The notes: generated by a model not told the origin, from the sequence alone. A DNA stretch of 63,331 bases, filler included, from Gonapodya sp. JEL0774 (GCA_027604505.1; 43 parts of 43 records of this genome joined end to end with filler, not necessarily neighbours in it), one strand, 5' to 3'; numbered from the whole stretch's first letter, positions 13,252 through 26,201 are shown. Program-made: numbers and translations.

Positions 13252-13351
13252 NNNNNNNNNNNNNNNNNNNNNNNNNNNNNNNNNNNNNNNNNNNNTTAAT
13301 TAATTAANNNNNNNNNNNNNNNNNNNNNNNNNNNNNNNNNNNNNNNNNNNN

Positions 13352-13480
13352 TGTTCAGGACCATGTTCGTCCACATGGAGGGCAAGATGGAACCAGGAAG
13401 GAAGGATGACAAGGGAAATGTGTTCCTCGATAGGAACCTAGACTTTTTGGAGTGGCTCAGGGCGGGACAGGTCACGGTAC
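13352..13480 (+). pseudogene. 3' half of a KCTD-type BTB/POZ domain, degenerate
   Basis: FRTMF...KDDKGNVFLDRNLDFLEWLRAG. The first 77 bp are identical to 23534-23610. Confidence 0.7.
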
Positions 13481-13694
13481 GGTCTACAATTGCTCACCAA
13501 TTGAGACAGTCCACGACGACTGTTCTCAAAGTGCTGAGCACCCATCTCGTAACACAAATCCCGTCTTTGATGCCCCATTTAACTCATGACATCAGATGAC
13601 AATTAGAGGTGGAGTACGTGAACAGTCATATAGTGTATGGATATTACGAAGCATGCTGAAGGTACAACTTTCTGCAACAGCGTCCGCCTATAAG

Positions 13695-14612
13695 TTATAA
13701 GTTGGAGATGTACGGATTCTTCTTGACCCATTCGGTGGATCCGGATTCCACTTGCTCAAGCAACCATTGCGCGATACTTGACTGGAATACAAGAGATTTC
13801 GAGTAATTGAAGAAAGACGTTGACAATTAGACGGGGCGCCTCACATGAATGTGGAGAATGAGTGGTACTCACACGAGTGATGCTCCATGAGCTTCCAGGA
13901 GCTCCTATGGGACCTGCACGTACCTTAGTTGGAGCATCTGATCAACAATAAACATTTTAGAAAGCGACATTTACAGCTAATTTGGAATAAGACGGAATAA
14001 CCACCGTTTGTGAGAATTCCTACACGGAAGACGGTCCAGTCCACGTCTGAGTATGCATCTGTCTCGTTAAATACTTTCGCGATCTCGATCATCTCTGCCT
14101 TCCATGCAGGGCCAAGTAGCGTAACCAGGCCAACAATCAAGTCTGTAGGATAGAGCATTGCGATGAGTATATTGATTCCCTTCAATTCAAGACTCTGCGC
14201 GGGCGAAGTCCTCACTCCGGGAAAGTGAGAAGCTGTCAGCGGGATCCAAATACGAAAAGGTTGAGAGTGCGAATATCCTTTTGACTCCGGCTGAATTCAT
14301 CGCAGAGGCGATTGCGGTCTTGTAGTTCGACGAGATGGACCCCACTTTGTGACCTATAACATCCACCGGTCCCATACACGAGACGACAACGGAGACTGGG
14401 CGCATAGTCATTGCCGACTTCAATTCTTCCACGTTGTCGATGGATCCTTGAACTGGAATGAACGTCTGAGGGTACGTGGATGTGAGCTCGGGAGGATACT
14501 TGCTGACGTTGCGAGAATAGGCAGCAACCGTGTGACCTTTGGCGAGGAATGTGTCGATTATGAGACGGCCAGCGACTCCTGTACCACCGAGGACGAGAAC
14601 GGTCTTGGGCAT
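13695..14612 (-). CDS. NAD(P)-binding Rossmann-fold oxidoreductase (flavin reductase/BLVRB-like atypical SDR), apparently complete, multi-exon
   Basis: MPKTVLVLGGTGVAGRLI..AKGHTVAAYSRN, GVKRIFALST, VDWTVFRVGILTNG, SIAQWLLEQVE..EWVKKNPYISN. Confidence 0.85.
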
Positions 14613-14844
14613 AGTGCTGGTGATGTCGAAAGTAATTGAAAGAGTAAATACGGGTGATCTAAATTAAGCTTGCGCCCGTGGGGGACCGTAATTAAGAAAG
14701 GCACCAGGGATTTGTTTCATAATCGCTGAGTCNNNNNNNNNNNNNNNNNNNNNNNNNNNNNNNNNNNNNNNNNNNNTTAATTAATTAANNNNNNNNNNNN
14801 NNNNNNNNNNNNNNNNNNNNNNNNNNNNNNNNTCACACTCGCTC

Positions 14845-16168
14845 ATGTCACGTAGCGAACGAGCGCGACTTGCTCGGAACATCACGAACCAGGGCAAGGT
14901 TGCCAAGAAGCAGACCGGACAGAGGAACATTCAGCAGCAACAGCAACAGCGCGTTTCGCAGGCGCGTTCTCAAACCGGTCCAACTCAGGCGGTTCAGCAG
15001 GGTGCGGCTAATAAACTTCAGGAACAGCAACAGCAAATCGCTCGCCCTCAAACGTCCCAATCCCAAACCGCTTCCAAGCCGCAACAAAAGCAACAGCAAA
15101 CCGCTCGTCCTCAAACCGCCCAGGCCGAAACCGGAACCAAACCCCACCAAACCCAACAACAGCAGCGTGACCCGCAGTCCCGCCCTCCAACCGCGCAACC
15201 GAACTTGAACTCGGCCTCGCCTTCGTCTGGGGGTCCACAGCGGGCTACCACGCTGCCCAGTGCGGTTCCGACCGAGTTTGCCACCATGTTTGCAACGGGA
15301 AGCGAACTGATGGGTGTCAGTGGGTTCAAGACGGGCGTCAAATGGATGCAGGTGAGGTCAATTTATCCGATGATCCTCTTCCCGTCTCACACGGTGCTCG
15401 ACGATATCCCCCCTCTTGTTCTTGACACTTAGAGCGCACTCCCTCTCCCGTCTCGCAAACCCGACCTACGTTTCCGCTCTCAGCGTGCTCGTGACGCGAG
15501 GATGAGGAGGGAGCAACAGCGAAAGCAGAACAAAACCGGCAAATCTGGGCAAGCACAGCAACAGGCCCAGAAACTACCGCAGCAGAGCGTGAACAGGGCC
15601 CAACCGCAGGCTCAAGCGCAAGGTCAAGCTCGTCCTCAACAGATGCAACCCTCACAGCAGAGACAGCAATCGGCGCAGCAGACTCGTCCAGCGTCCGCGG
15701 CATCAACCACGGTCCAACAGCAGTCGCAGTCCGCGGGTGACAATGCCGAGGTGTTGTCCCAGTTGAGATCCGAGCTAACCGCGTTGAAGCGCTTGTTGGA
15801 TGAGAGAGATGCAAAGATGCGTGAGCTCGTGGTTGCTGTCGCGGAGGCGAGGTGCGTTGTGCCCTCATAATCTGGAAGCGTGGAGTTTGAACCACCATGA
15901 ACAACCGAATGATCTTTTACGCTCTATTTGACATTCTTGCTCTTCTAGGAACTCCCAATCTCAGCGCAGCAAGTCTGCATCACCATCCAAACCACAGGCC
16001 GCCATGAACCAGGCCACCCAGCAACAGCAGCGACCTGCCTCGGCCGGCTCACGGAGTGAAAAGAAGGGCTCCAAGAATAAGAGTGGTGGGAACAAGAGTG
16101 GCGGGAACGGAAACCCCTACGAAGGGGACAGGCAGGGTCAGTGGGATGCGCTGAGGCCGTTGTTGTAA
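14845..16168 (+). CDS. Glutamine-rich low-complexity protein with a short coiled coil, 3' part
   Basis: Q/A/T/P-rich ORFs 14845-15432 and 15502-15870 linked by GT-AG introns; VLSQLRSELTALKRLLDERDAKMREL heptads. Confidence 0.6.
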
Positions 16169-16385
16169 AATTCTGGGTCTGATGATGAGCATTTAATATT
16201 GTATACCCTTACANNNNNNNNNNNNNNNNNNNNNNNNNNNNNNNNNNNNNNNNNNNNTTAATTAATTAANNNNNNNNNNNNNNNNNNNNNNNNNNNNNNN
16301 NNNNNNNNNNNNNCACAAGACCACATGATGGGATTAGATGAACGAGGCAGTAGTAGGTAAGTTAGGGAAGCTTTGAGGAGTCGGA

Positions 16386-17054
16386 ATGCGTCAGCCACTC
16401 CCCGCCTTCTCAATTTACAAGAATGGTTCTTGCAATTCAAGCAGATCATACTCCGTACCGAATGGAATCAGTGGATCTCAAAGATTCTCACCTTCCCACG
16501 TCAGCCGTTTCAGTGCTGTATCTGCACACGCCCCTCCTCGTCCCGCCTCTTCAGCTTCGACATCTTCCAGCTCAGCCACTCCTCACCGATCCGGACGACT
16601 TACCCTCCCCGCAAATCGACCGGACACATCAATGGGCATGATCTCGTCACCGAGCTCTATGTGGGACACCAAATCGAACCTGCAAGGGCACGCCAACGTG
16701 GGGGAACCCCTGGGGCACGGGACTCAATCTTTCCTCCCGCCCGCCTCCCGTCCTGGAACTTCGTCAGTGGCCCCACCCCGACCATCCACGTCTATGACTA
16801 GCAATCAACGGCAGCCATGGGTGGCCCGCCGCCCACCCCCTTCATCTTCCTCGGGTGCTTCTTCCTCGGTGCCATACTCGCGATCTATGCCAAGTCAAGG
16901 TGCCCAACGAGTCTTAGCAATGGGATCGAGCTCTGGAGTGTCAGGAAACCAATGGCAGACTGCTCAAGCGACGAGAGGGAGGCCTGCCACTGCAGGCGGT
17001 TGGGCAGGTACTCAAATCGCACATGCTGCGAGAGTGCGGGGTGTTGTGGGTTAG
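16386..17054 (+). CDS. Ser/Pro-rich disordered C-terminus of an unknown protein
   Basis: 222-aa low-complexity ORF with RPASS/RPGTS/RPSTS motifs. Confidence 0.5.
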   Translation: MRQPLPAFSIYKNGSCNSSRSYSVPNGISGSQRFSPSHVSRFSAVSAHAPPRPASSASTSSSSATPHRSGRLTLPANRPDTSMGMISSPSSMWDTKSNLQGHANVGEPLGHGTQSFLPPASRPGTSSVAPPRPSTSMTSNQRQPWVARRPPPSSSSGASSSVPYSRSMPSQGAQRVLAMGSSSGVSGNQWQTAQATRGRPATAGGWAGTQIAHAARVRGVVG

Positions 17055-17794
17055 TCCGCCGAAGTTCTCTAAAACAGTTCTAAGAAAGCCATCATTGGAT
17101 AACACAGGACATATTGATGATCATTATATCTCGAAAGCGGAGTAGAAAATCCATAAGTGCCAGGCTGCACCGTGCTGTTTAGCTCACAACAAGGAAGGCA
17201 GACTGACCCGCAACTGAGTGACAATAACATTGATAGTAGTTTCAAGTTATACATGGAGTAACAATACCTCTCGCGCAGAGTCCTTCAACTGAGTCGATCA
17301 ATGATCCCGAAGGATTGTCGATCCTTACCACTAACAACACCAATTGAGCAATCAACCTCATTCGATCGCAAGCTTAGTACGCCGTTTTGTAGGATATGAT
17401 TAATCATTGGGCTGATATCACAGGTTGACTTGGGATGTGAACAAAAACGAGTTGTATGTCACGAGAGAATAACGGGGTATCCTCGTGGTATCTATATTGC
17501 AGTGAAAGAAAGTAGCGTCAAAACATGAGCAAACAGGGAAATCGTGATCTGGAGAGTATTCTACCTGAGAACGTTTACATTTGAGTCTCCATACTTCACG
17601 CCTCCATTTCACCATCGTTCGACTGTTCCCCAACTTTTCGCCGTTTACTATCCCTTCCGTTCATTCGCTCCTGCTTCTCCGACCATTCATCATCNNNNNN
17701 NNNNNNNNNNNNNNNNNNNNNNNNNNNNNNNNNNNNNNTTAATTAATTAANNNNNNNNNNNNNNNNNNNNNNNNNNNNNNNNNNNNNNNNNNNN

Positions 17795-19174
17795 CGTTCA
17801 GCAATGTACGCGCTAGCTTGCGTGTTTCGCAGAAACGAAGTGGGGCGTGAAGGAGACTCCGGTGCTGAAGGCGAATTTTACTTTGGGAGAGCTCGCCGGT
17901 TGCTCGCTGCTTGCTTAGACGATGAACCGAGCGTTATGACCGTGATTGCAACACTGTGTATGGCGGCATATTGCGGTGGTACGGGGAGGTTAAATTCTGG
18001 ATGGATGTAGTGAGTTCAATGCCTTCTTATGTGAATGCGATCGTGTGGTTCATCAAAGTTGTATTGGCATCAATGAAGCTCTGGCCTCGCTTCCAAAATA
18101 TTTACAGACATGGGTTGGCATCGACCACCCAGTCCAACTGTTGTTCGTTCATTGTCACTTCTTGAAACAGAAGTGAGACTCCGATGGTGGTGAGATGCTG
18201 CTGACAGCCCCCTTCACTCACTGTTTTATTCCAATAATGTGCGTGAGTTTCAGGTGGTGCGTGATCTGGTGTGACACGACATTTTCGGCGATGGCTTCCA
18301 GAGACGTGTTTCTGGTACTTGATGACGTGAGCAATGACTCGTTGCGCTTACCATTCCTCTTGAGTTCTAATATGCTTTGCGCATCTGCTCAAACTACGGT
18401 AGCATATCACAATCGACTATCCAAATGATGCTTTGTGGAATAGCTTCGACGAATTCGGAGAGCCGCTTCCTGGTTCGGAAGCTGAGAAAGCTGTCCGTCG
18501 CCTCGTTATCGAAGGTCGGTCATGTCCGCATTCCCGCAGCGCCCACGGACTCTACAGAGGTGTACTTGGTGTGAATGGAGCACCAGCGCCGGACATTGTC
18601 GATGCGGAGCTCCGTTTGGAGAATTTATACCCGCCGGGAACGGTTCCCAAGATCATGTCCGTCGGTTTCTACGAGCAGGCGACTCTGTATCAAATTCTTA
18701 GCAAAATTATACAGCTTGTGCGGAAGTTTGGACACGTAAGGTTTCAGCAGGATGACTATTTTATAGTCAGCGTACAGCTCGCGGACTGGTTTGCGATGCT
18801 ACCAGCATCATTCTCAGAACCGGTGGTGCCTACAAAGCTAAGTCCTGTTCGGCAAGGCAAATCTCTACCGAGCCAAGTCCTCGGGGATCCTGAGACGAAT
18901 TACTTCATGGTGTCAGCATATCTTCATATGCTCTACAATCTTTGCGTCATTCTTCTCAATCGGCCGGAAATGAACATGGATTCCTTTTCTTGGCCGTCTG
19001 AGGACGTATGGCATAAATGTACAAAGGCCGCTGACAAGGTGAATCGGGGAGCTCAGTTGGGACCAAACGCAACTCACGTCTCTTCTTTTAACACCCATAA
19101 AGATCGCCGACTTGACCCAGAAAATGCTCGAAGTGGACCCTAATTTTAGGCACAACAATTTTTTCACCGCATTC
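17795..19174 (+). CDS. Fungal-specific transcription factor (Zn2Cys6 middle-homology, Fungal_trans domain), internal fragment
   Basis: MYALAC...FYFGRARRLL...PSVMTVIATLCMA...GWMY, WCVIWCDTTFSA, LADWFAMLP, YLHMLYNLCVILLNRP. Confidence 0.85.
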
Positions 19175-19469
19175 NNNNNNNNNNNNNNNNNNNNNNNNNN
19201 NNNNNNNNNNNNNNNNNNTTAATTAATTAANNNNNNNNNNNNNNNNNNNNNNNNNNNNNNNNNNNNNNNNNNNNGGCCTGATGGGGAGAGAGGGAGGGGC
19301 GAGTGGCGGAGTGTGAGAGTGCGGGTGGGTGTTGGAGGGGGAGCCGAGTGCGGAGGGAGTGATCAGGGGTTTCAGCGGTGGAGAGGACACGGAGAAGGGG
19401 CGGAAGGGAAGGAAGGGGGGCCGAGCAGACAGGGAGACATGGGGAGAGACAAGGGCGATGGATAGCGAG

Positions 19470-19515
19470 AGGGAGAGAGTGGGGGAGAGTGGGGAGAGTG
19501 GGGAGAGTGGGGAGA
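19470..19515 (+). repeat. Short GA-rich tandem repeat, (GGGGAGAGT)n
   Basis: About four copies seen directly. Confidence 0.7.
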
Positions 19516-19994
19516 TGTGAGTCACCGCAGACACCTGTTGAAGGGGAACAGGCGGCATCGATATGGAGAGTTGAGCTATGAAATGCAGATGAATCCGTCT
19601 GTTGTGTTGTTGGCCTGGTGTGATGAGCGTGTGACCATCTGACACATGATGCAAGGGTTGTGGGTTGCACCAACAAAGTGGCACGACACGCCACACACCG
19701 CTCCCCCCGTGAAGGCGGAGGCGCGGGGTCTTCAGATTATCATAATAAGAAAGAGACATGAAAAGCTACGAGAACGATAAGAAGCAGGGGAGTTTTCGCC
19801 GAGCAGCAACTCGGCGGCGCCCGGCTGGGATGTGCTCGACAACAGGTCAGCACATCACCGGTCAGTGGTAATCCAACGCACGATAAGATACTGGACAGAT
19901 TAAGCACACACAACTCTCCAAAATTTTGAACGTTAGAAGTAAATCAAAGCAAATCCCACCTGCCCATCGAACTCGGTCCTGAGTTTCCCCACAT

Positions 19995-20654
19995 TCAGAA
20001 CCTGGAATCCACCCCAACGACTGCCTTTTGTATCCCAGCACATCGCTTACCTAACTCTTGCAAGAAAGTCCTCACTGCTTCACATCTGCCCTTGCCAGAA
20101 GCGTGCATCCCTGCACTCTCACTTGCCTCACCCCAACCTCGGCCAACAAATCTCACCACTCCAGCAGGCTGCGCGGCCACGAACTCCACCCAACGTGACA
20201 GACTTCCGGCTGAAAGTGTAACGTCTGAAGCTCCGTTCCAATGGTAGCCGGCCTCCCGAACCAACAAGTCCAATCGTCTCAACCTTGGAAACCGGGCAGC
20301 AAGCGTAGCGGCATGAGTGAGCGAGGAAAGATCTTCCTCATAAATCCGCTTTTTAGCAATCCTGTCGAAGGAAACGGTGGAGCTGCCGAAAAACATGTGA
20401 AACATATCAATGGTGAGACAGCGCACCCCAGTGTGCAGGGGCAGCAGTGCTCCAGAAGTAACGACATTCTCCCGTGAAAGAACACGGGGTCCAAAAACCT
20501 GGTCCCAGGGAACAAGTGCAGAAAAGGTGCCCAGTTCCTTTACATTGGGCAAAAGTGCACAGGGCTCCGAAAGGTGTAATTTGAGCTGTGTGCACGCTTC
20601 CACACTGAGTTGTGTGGTGTGCCAGGGGCTTGCCATCACATATCCAAGGACATC
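19995..20654 (-). CDS. Hypothetical protein, C-terminal part; likely paralogue of the F-box-like gene at 57576-58921
   Basis: Intronless 214-aa ORF; blocks PNVKELGT, VRCLTID, RFPRLRRLDLLV, WVEFV, FLQELGKRC are collinear with ORF 58016-58921. Confidence 0.55.
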   Translation of the reverse strand, partial: DVLGYVMASPWHTTQLSVEACTQLKLHLSEPCALLPNVKELGTFSALVPWDQVFGPRVLSRENVVTSGALLPLHTGVRCLTIDMFHMFFGSSTVSFDRIAKKRIYEEDLSSLTHAATLAARFPRLRRLDLLVREAGYHWNGASDVTLSAGSLSRWVEFVAAQPAGVVRFVGRGWGEASESAGMHASGKGRCEAVRTFLQELGKRCAGIQKAVVGVDSRF

Positions 20655-20774
20655 NNNNNNNNNNNNNNNNNNNNNNNNNNNNNNNNNNNNNNNNNNNNTT
20701 AATTAATTAANNNNNNNNNNNNNNNNNNNNNNNNNNNNNNNNNNNNNNNNNNNNTCAAATTACACACGAGCCAT

Positions 20775-22132
20775 TCAAAGCCTTGAAGGTACAGGTTTAT
20801 TCCATAACTCCAACAAACCGTTGGAAAGGGCAACAACGTTTCGGCTTCCTGAGCTAGAGCGCAGTTGAAAGGCGATTCGTGTAACATCGGCTGAAGTCTC
20901 TGGAAGCTTCCACGTTTCCAACTGCAAAGAAGTACATGTGTTAGCTGTAGTACGTGGCAGCTTTGTTCCCGATAATGCGCACCTGCAACTTCTCTCCGTG
21001 GTAAACTGCACCCGTAAGTCTGCAGCGGATTGACTTGAATCTCGCCGGATCAGCGCCTGCGTACAGCCGCAGTATGTGCTTGGTGGAGATTCCGAGCGAG
21101 CACGTTCCTGAGATCGTGTGAGACATTCGCACGTGTTATGCACTGTTATAGGGTCAGTGGCTTTGGCGCTAGCTCGACTCACCGGTCAAAATCGGTCTCT
21201 CGAATCCACCCATCTTGGCAATGGCTGGGTCAATATGCAAAGGATTCAAATCGTTCGAGGCCGCTCGATACAAGGCTCCCTGGTCTGGCCCGAGCTGTTC
21301 CACTAGAACGTGCTCCGGAGCGACATCCTTGGGGACGAACGAAACTTGAGCTGGCGAGGGCTTTGATGCGCCTAGGCCGGGAACTTTCATTATAAACGAC
21401 GTCCACTCGTTGTAAGCAACCTCTTTGCCCGTCGCCTTGTCAATAGTTGTCTGTGGATGGGAGAATGAAATTTCAGAACCAACACAATACACTTCGTAGA
21501 GTAACTCACTTGAGCGACTTGAACAGTTACTCCGCGACCCCTGTCCACAACATCAAGAATGCGCGAACGGGTTTCCAGTACCACTTTTGGCCCCTTTACG
21601 GGAAGAGGTCCGTTGCGAAGCTCCATATCTACCACGAGTTCGAGTAAGCCAAGACGAGTGAAACGACGATTATAATGAATGACTCACAATGTTCTCCGTG
21701 AACGTGTCGTGACACGTGGAATCCAGGAAGAAAATGAGGCATGGATTGAGTTACGCCGCCCATCCCGAGTATGCTCGACAGCTAACAGAACGTCAATACT
21801 GGTCAAAATCGAGTTCAACGTGGGTCGGAGTCTGGTGGGAAGCATTTACCCACCAGACCAAGTGTCGGGATGGCTTGGAATTGAGGGTGGCCCTCGAAAG
21901 AATATTTCAAGTCATCGCCCCGACATTGAAGTGCTAGATTGTAAAGAATCACATCTCTTGGCGTGTACTCGTGGTATGTAGGTTCGAAAACAGCCGCCTA
22001 CGACAATTAAATTGAAACTTTATAAATCAACGGTTTGTCCGGGGCACCCAGAAGAAAGCTTAGCTACCTTGACAGCAGCGAGATTGATGCCGGTTGACGA
22101 CGAGAACGCGATGGACTCTGGAGATGGAGGCA
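20775..22132 (-). CDS. Peroxisomal MaoC/hot-dog enoyl-CoA hydratase 2 (MFE-2/FOX2-type hydratase region), 3' part
   Basis: YTPRDVILYNLAL, ALYRAASNDLNPLHIDPAIAKMGGFERPIL, FKSIRCRLTGAVYHGEKL. Ends in the PTS1 tripeptide SRL. Confidence 0.9.
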
Positions 22133-22302
22133 NNNNNNNNNNNNNNNNNNNNNNNNNNNNNNNNNNNNNNNNNNNNTTAATTAATTAANNNNNNNNNNNN
22201 NNNNNNNNNNNNNNNNNNNNNNNNNNNNNNNNGCATTTGTCCGTTGTTCCCGCCCCCTCGTCCTCACCTTCGTGCCTCCTCCTTCCACCCACCACAAACT
22301 AG

Positions 22303-22920
22303 ATCATCGATTCCATCATTGCTTTGTTCCGCACTGACTATTCCGGCAGGGGGGAGTTGGCGGACCGGCAGCAGAAGTTGGGGCAGATGCTGGCGAGGTT
22401 GCAGAGGTTGTCGGAGGAATTCAACGTTGCGGGTGAGTCGTAGTGGCAGGCTACACAGACTTGATCAAATCTCAATACCGATCGTCTCTCGTCACTCGTC
22501 ATAATCGCCTGTCTGTGTTTCCCCGGTCGACGAACCCCAAAGTCTTTATCACCAACCAGATCTGCGCTGACCCCGGCGGTGGCATGACCTTCGTGGCCGA
22601 TCCCAAGAAGCCTGTCGGAGGTTTGTTGTTCAACCTGCGTTGGGTGCGCGTACTCTGTGGCGGTGCTCAAGCTCACAGGTTCCATCGACCCACATCCTGC
22701 CGTATGTCGCACCTCCGGATCGCAACCCATCCATCTCCAAATCCCATACAACCCTCTCACATCAGGCCACGTCCTCGCCCACGCCTCCACCACCCGTCTG
22801 TCTCTCCGTAAAGGGCGCGGCGAACAGCGCATCGCCAAAGTTTACGACAGTCCCGACATGCCCGAGGCAGAGGCAGTGTACGCGTTGGCTGAGGGAGGCG
22901 TGGTTGATGCGAAGGATTAG
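22303..22920 (+). CDS. DMC1: Meiotic recombinase DMC1, last three exons (22303-22432, 22543-22620, 22766-22920)
   Basis: [109 protein letters not shown] and DSPDMPE distinguish it from RAD51. Confidence 0.93.
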
Positions 22921-23435
22921 AAGAGTTGCGGGAATCTCATGGTTGGATCTCTCAGGATGTGGACGCTGAGCGACTGGGACGCTGGACGATATGCACACTT
23001 TTTTACTTTCCACCTTGTATTTGAGTAGTCCAAGTTTCATTATACTCGATCCTTCTTTTCTTATTGCTTGTGTGGTTACATAGTTATCTCACCCTCAGGG
23101 TGGAATGTCTGTTCCCGGCCGGCTCGAGACATTCAGAGGGAAATGGGGAAAACTAAGAAAAACAGAAACATCAAAGATGGAGACAAGGGAACGAGAACAG
23201 TAGACACGGGTGCAAGGTGCAAGTCAACGCACCAATTGAGCCGTGTCTCTCCACCCGTTGAATCCGATCGCTACCGCCATTGGAATCCAAAGGAACCGCG
23301 GAACAAGATTCGAGCGTTAATTAAAAACACTTGGTGTTAGACGGCTGCAACTTGCGTCCCATCGGAACGTGATCGAGCGGGACTTCCCCCAAGTCTTTCC
23401 ATTCACCTCCCCATCACACGTTCGAACCTCTCATC

Positions 23436-23610
23436 ATGTCTTCCTCCGACTCCATTATCACTCTCAATGTGGGCTGAACCTTGTTCACGACCACACCTCT
23501 CCACCCTCACCACCGCCGAAGAACCCAACTCCTTGTTCAGGACCATGTTCGTCCACATGGAGGGCAAGATGGAACCAGGAAGGAAGGATGACAAGGGAAA
23601 TGTGTTCCTC
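23436..23610 (+). pseudogene. 5' half of a KCTD-type BTB/POZ pseudogene
   Basis: MSSSDSIITLNVG then TGA (23475) where the second G of NVGG is expected; frameshift before LSTLTTAEEPNSLFRTMF. Confidence 0.75.
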
Positions 23611-24450
23611 NNNNNNNNNNNNNNNNNNNNNNNNNNNNNNNNNNNNNNNNNNNNTTAATTAATTAANNNNNNNNNNNNNNNNNNNNNNNNNNNNNNNNNN
23701 NNNNNNNNNNGTGTTGATCAAATGGAGTGAATGGGGGTATATCGGGGTGATCTGGCGGACAGGTCTTGGGGGTCGTTCACGAGCGCGCTTCTTGCGGAGT
23801 CAGAATGATGTTCGGGGTGTGGAGTGGAGTGAGGAGGATTGCCGCTCATTGTAAATTGAGGTATGCGGACAGACGCGTTCCGATGCTAGCTTCTGCGGTG
23901 AAGAAATGAAAAGTTGTTTCGATCGCAAACTTCCACTTCAGGATACAGGGAAGATGGAGTAAAGCTCGAAAAACTAAATTCTCACCACGAGTGTGCCCCC
24001 GCGCTAAGATCGCGACAGCTGTTGATCCCGTTTTCAGTGCGGGGTACTGGTAGTACATCATTCATGCTCGTGACTGGTTGGCTCAAACCCCCAACATCTC
24101 TGTAATGCAGGCTTCATTGCAAGGTAGTGCTGATTTCGAAACCTGCAAGTTCGTTACGCTGGTTAGCGGCATGTCCGGCGCATGTGTACTGCAACATCAT
24201 ATATGTGTCCGACAACAATATGAGACCCAGACGAAATGTAGAGCTCGCCTCAAATTGGATATGGAAACTTTGCCCAAGCCATGATATCAACTCACGGACG
24301 TATGCGTGATAATATGGTTGTCCCTGATGAGTTCCGAGGAGGGTTCAAGAGCACGTGCGCCAAGAGTCTTCACCTGCACGTCTTCGTTTTGCTTTTCCCA
24401 ACGCATTCCAGTAAACCCTCGACTCACCTAAACCACTAAATTCTGTGCCC

Positions 24451-25088
24451 ATGTCTTTTATTCCCATGGCCCTCGCCGGCTCCCTCTTCACCACGCTCTC
24501 TCGCGGCGGTGGCAACTCGCTGCTCTCCGGCATCACGTTCGCCCCCATGCTCGTATTCTTCGCAGGAATCTACTTCATTCCTTCCGAAGGGATCGTCGCT
24601 TGGGCTACCGATCCGAAGACGGACGTGCGGTGGCTGTACGCCATCGCCATCGGGTTGCTGGCGGTGGTGTTCTTGCTCTCGAGTTTTGTGTTTTCGAGAT
24701 TGCCGTTATTTTATCCCGAGGTCGAAGTCGGGTTCGCACATCAAGTGGTCGTTGATGTGATCATTGATGTGGATTTGGATACAGAAGATGGGGCAGATGA
24801 TGATCGTGGACGTGGTAGAAGACAGAACGTGGATTGGAGCACGGTGACCGAACAAGAGTTCAGAAAAATGGCACCGGACGTGGACTGTCTTAGAGCTGAA
24901 GTGTGGGAAACGAAAGACGGACAGGTTCGTAGCAGCTTATTTATGACAGAGTCACATCCTTTTTCAGTGCAGCATTACCGCTCATCTACGAATACCTTAC
25001 CAACCCTCATTTCATCACAGGCTCTGATTCTTCCTTCCTCCCATCCGTTTACGGATCACGTTGCCACCCTCAACCTCTCTCCCACCTC
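24451..25088 (+). CDS. Hypothetical membrane protein fragment
   Basis: Two to three hydrophobic segments followed by an acidic stretch. Confidence 0.45.
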
Positions 25089-26201
25089 NNNNNNNNNNNN
25101 NNNNNNNNNNNNNNNNNNNNNNNNNNNNNNNNTTAATTAATTAANNNNNNNNNNNNNNNNNNNNNNNNNNNNNNNNNNNNNNNNNNNNTTTTTCCCTACA
25201 TAACGGTCAGTCTGAACAGTGGCTTTGAAATTTCCAATAACTACTAGAAATCAGGTACTTCAAGGTCCCCGCAACCTTCTCATCTGGGCAAAAACTCCTC
25301 GAGCGACGCCGAGTTCGAAAGTCCGACCAGTATCCGTGCAGAACGCGGAGGTGAATGCTCTACCTCCCGATTACAACCCTGCAAGTCCACTGAAAAGGTA
25401 AATGGAGCAATTGGGGCGTGAGAGTTGCAATGATCCCTTGAGGCCTCATCAATCCGCCGATGTGTTCCATATACCTTCACAAATTACAGATCAAAGGTTG
25501 CGATGTTGAGGTGTCAACCTCGTGTGATCAAGGACAATCCTTTCGACTAGCAACGACAGTAGACTGCACTGGTGAGAGGAGGCCAGCATTTTGTTTTCGC
25601 TTCCGCCTTTAAATGACTGACTGCTCCGCATTATGTATACATATCATGGACGTTTCGAAAAACGTTCTTCAAAGTCGGCCACCTGCGACAACTTCTTTTG
25701 GAGTTTGTGCCTGTTGGTGCAGATTTGACATTGTGTTTGGGGTTGAATGGTGCACCTGTTGATGATTCACGGACAATGGGGGATATCAGGACACAGGTGA
25801 GAGGTAAAAGAACCATACCCAGAAGCATGGAGACGCTAACATTTTCGGCACAGCTCAATCTCTCTGAAAAAGAGCCTGTTCCGCTGCAATTGATGGCACA
25901 GTAGTTGACCCTATGCAACTCGATGAATATGCATGTTTTACATGGGGTAAATTCTGAGTCGAATCACCATCTAAGGAAATACACCTCACCATCGTATAAT
26001 TACGTGGAGCCTGTAGACGTAGTTGTCTGTAACAGTTTGTCTCGGAGAACCGGCTCCGACCTGAACTTCAACGTAATGTGATCGTTCACCAATTCAACCC
26101 ACTTTATATCCTTTCATTGCCTTACTCTACGCGGAATAGATTCCAAGTGCTTCTGTGTTCAATTGTTGCAGTCATTCCCCTTCTCTATCCCTTTCTCTAT
26201 T

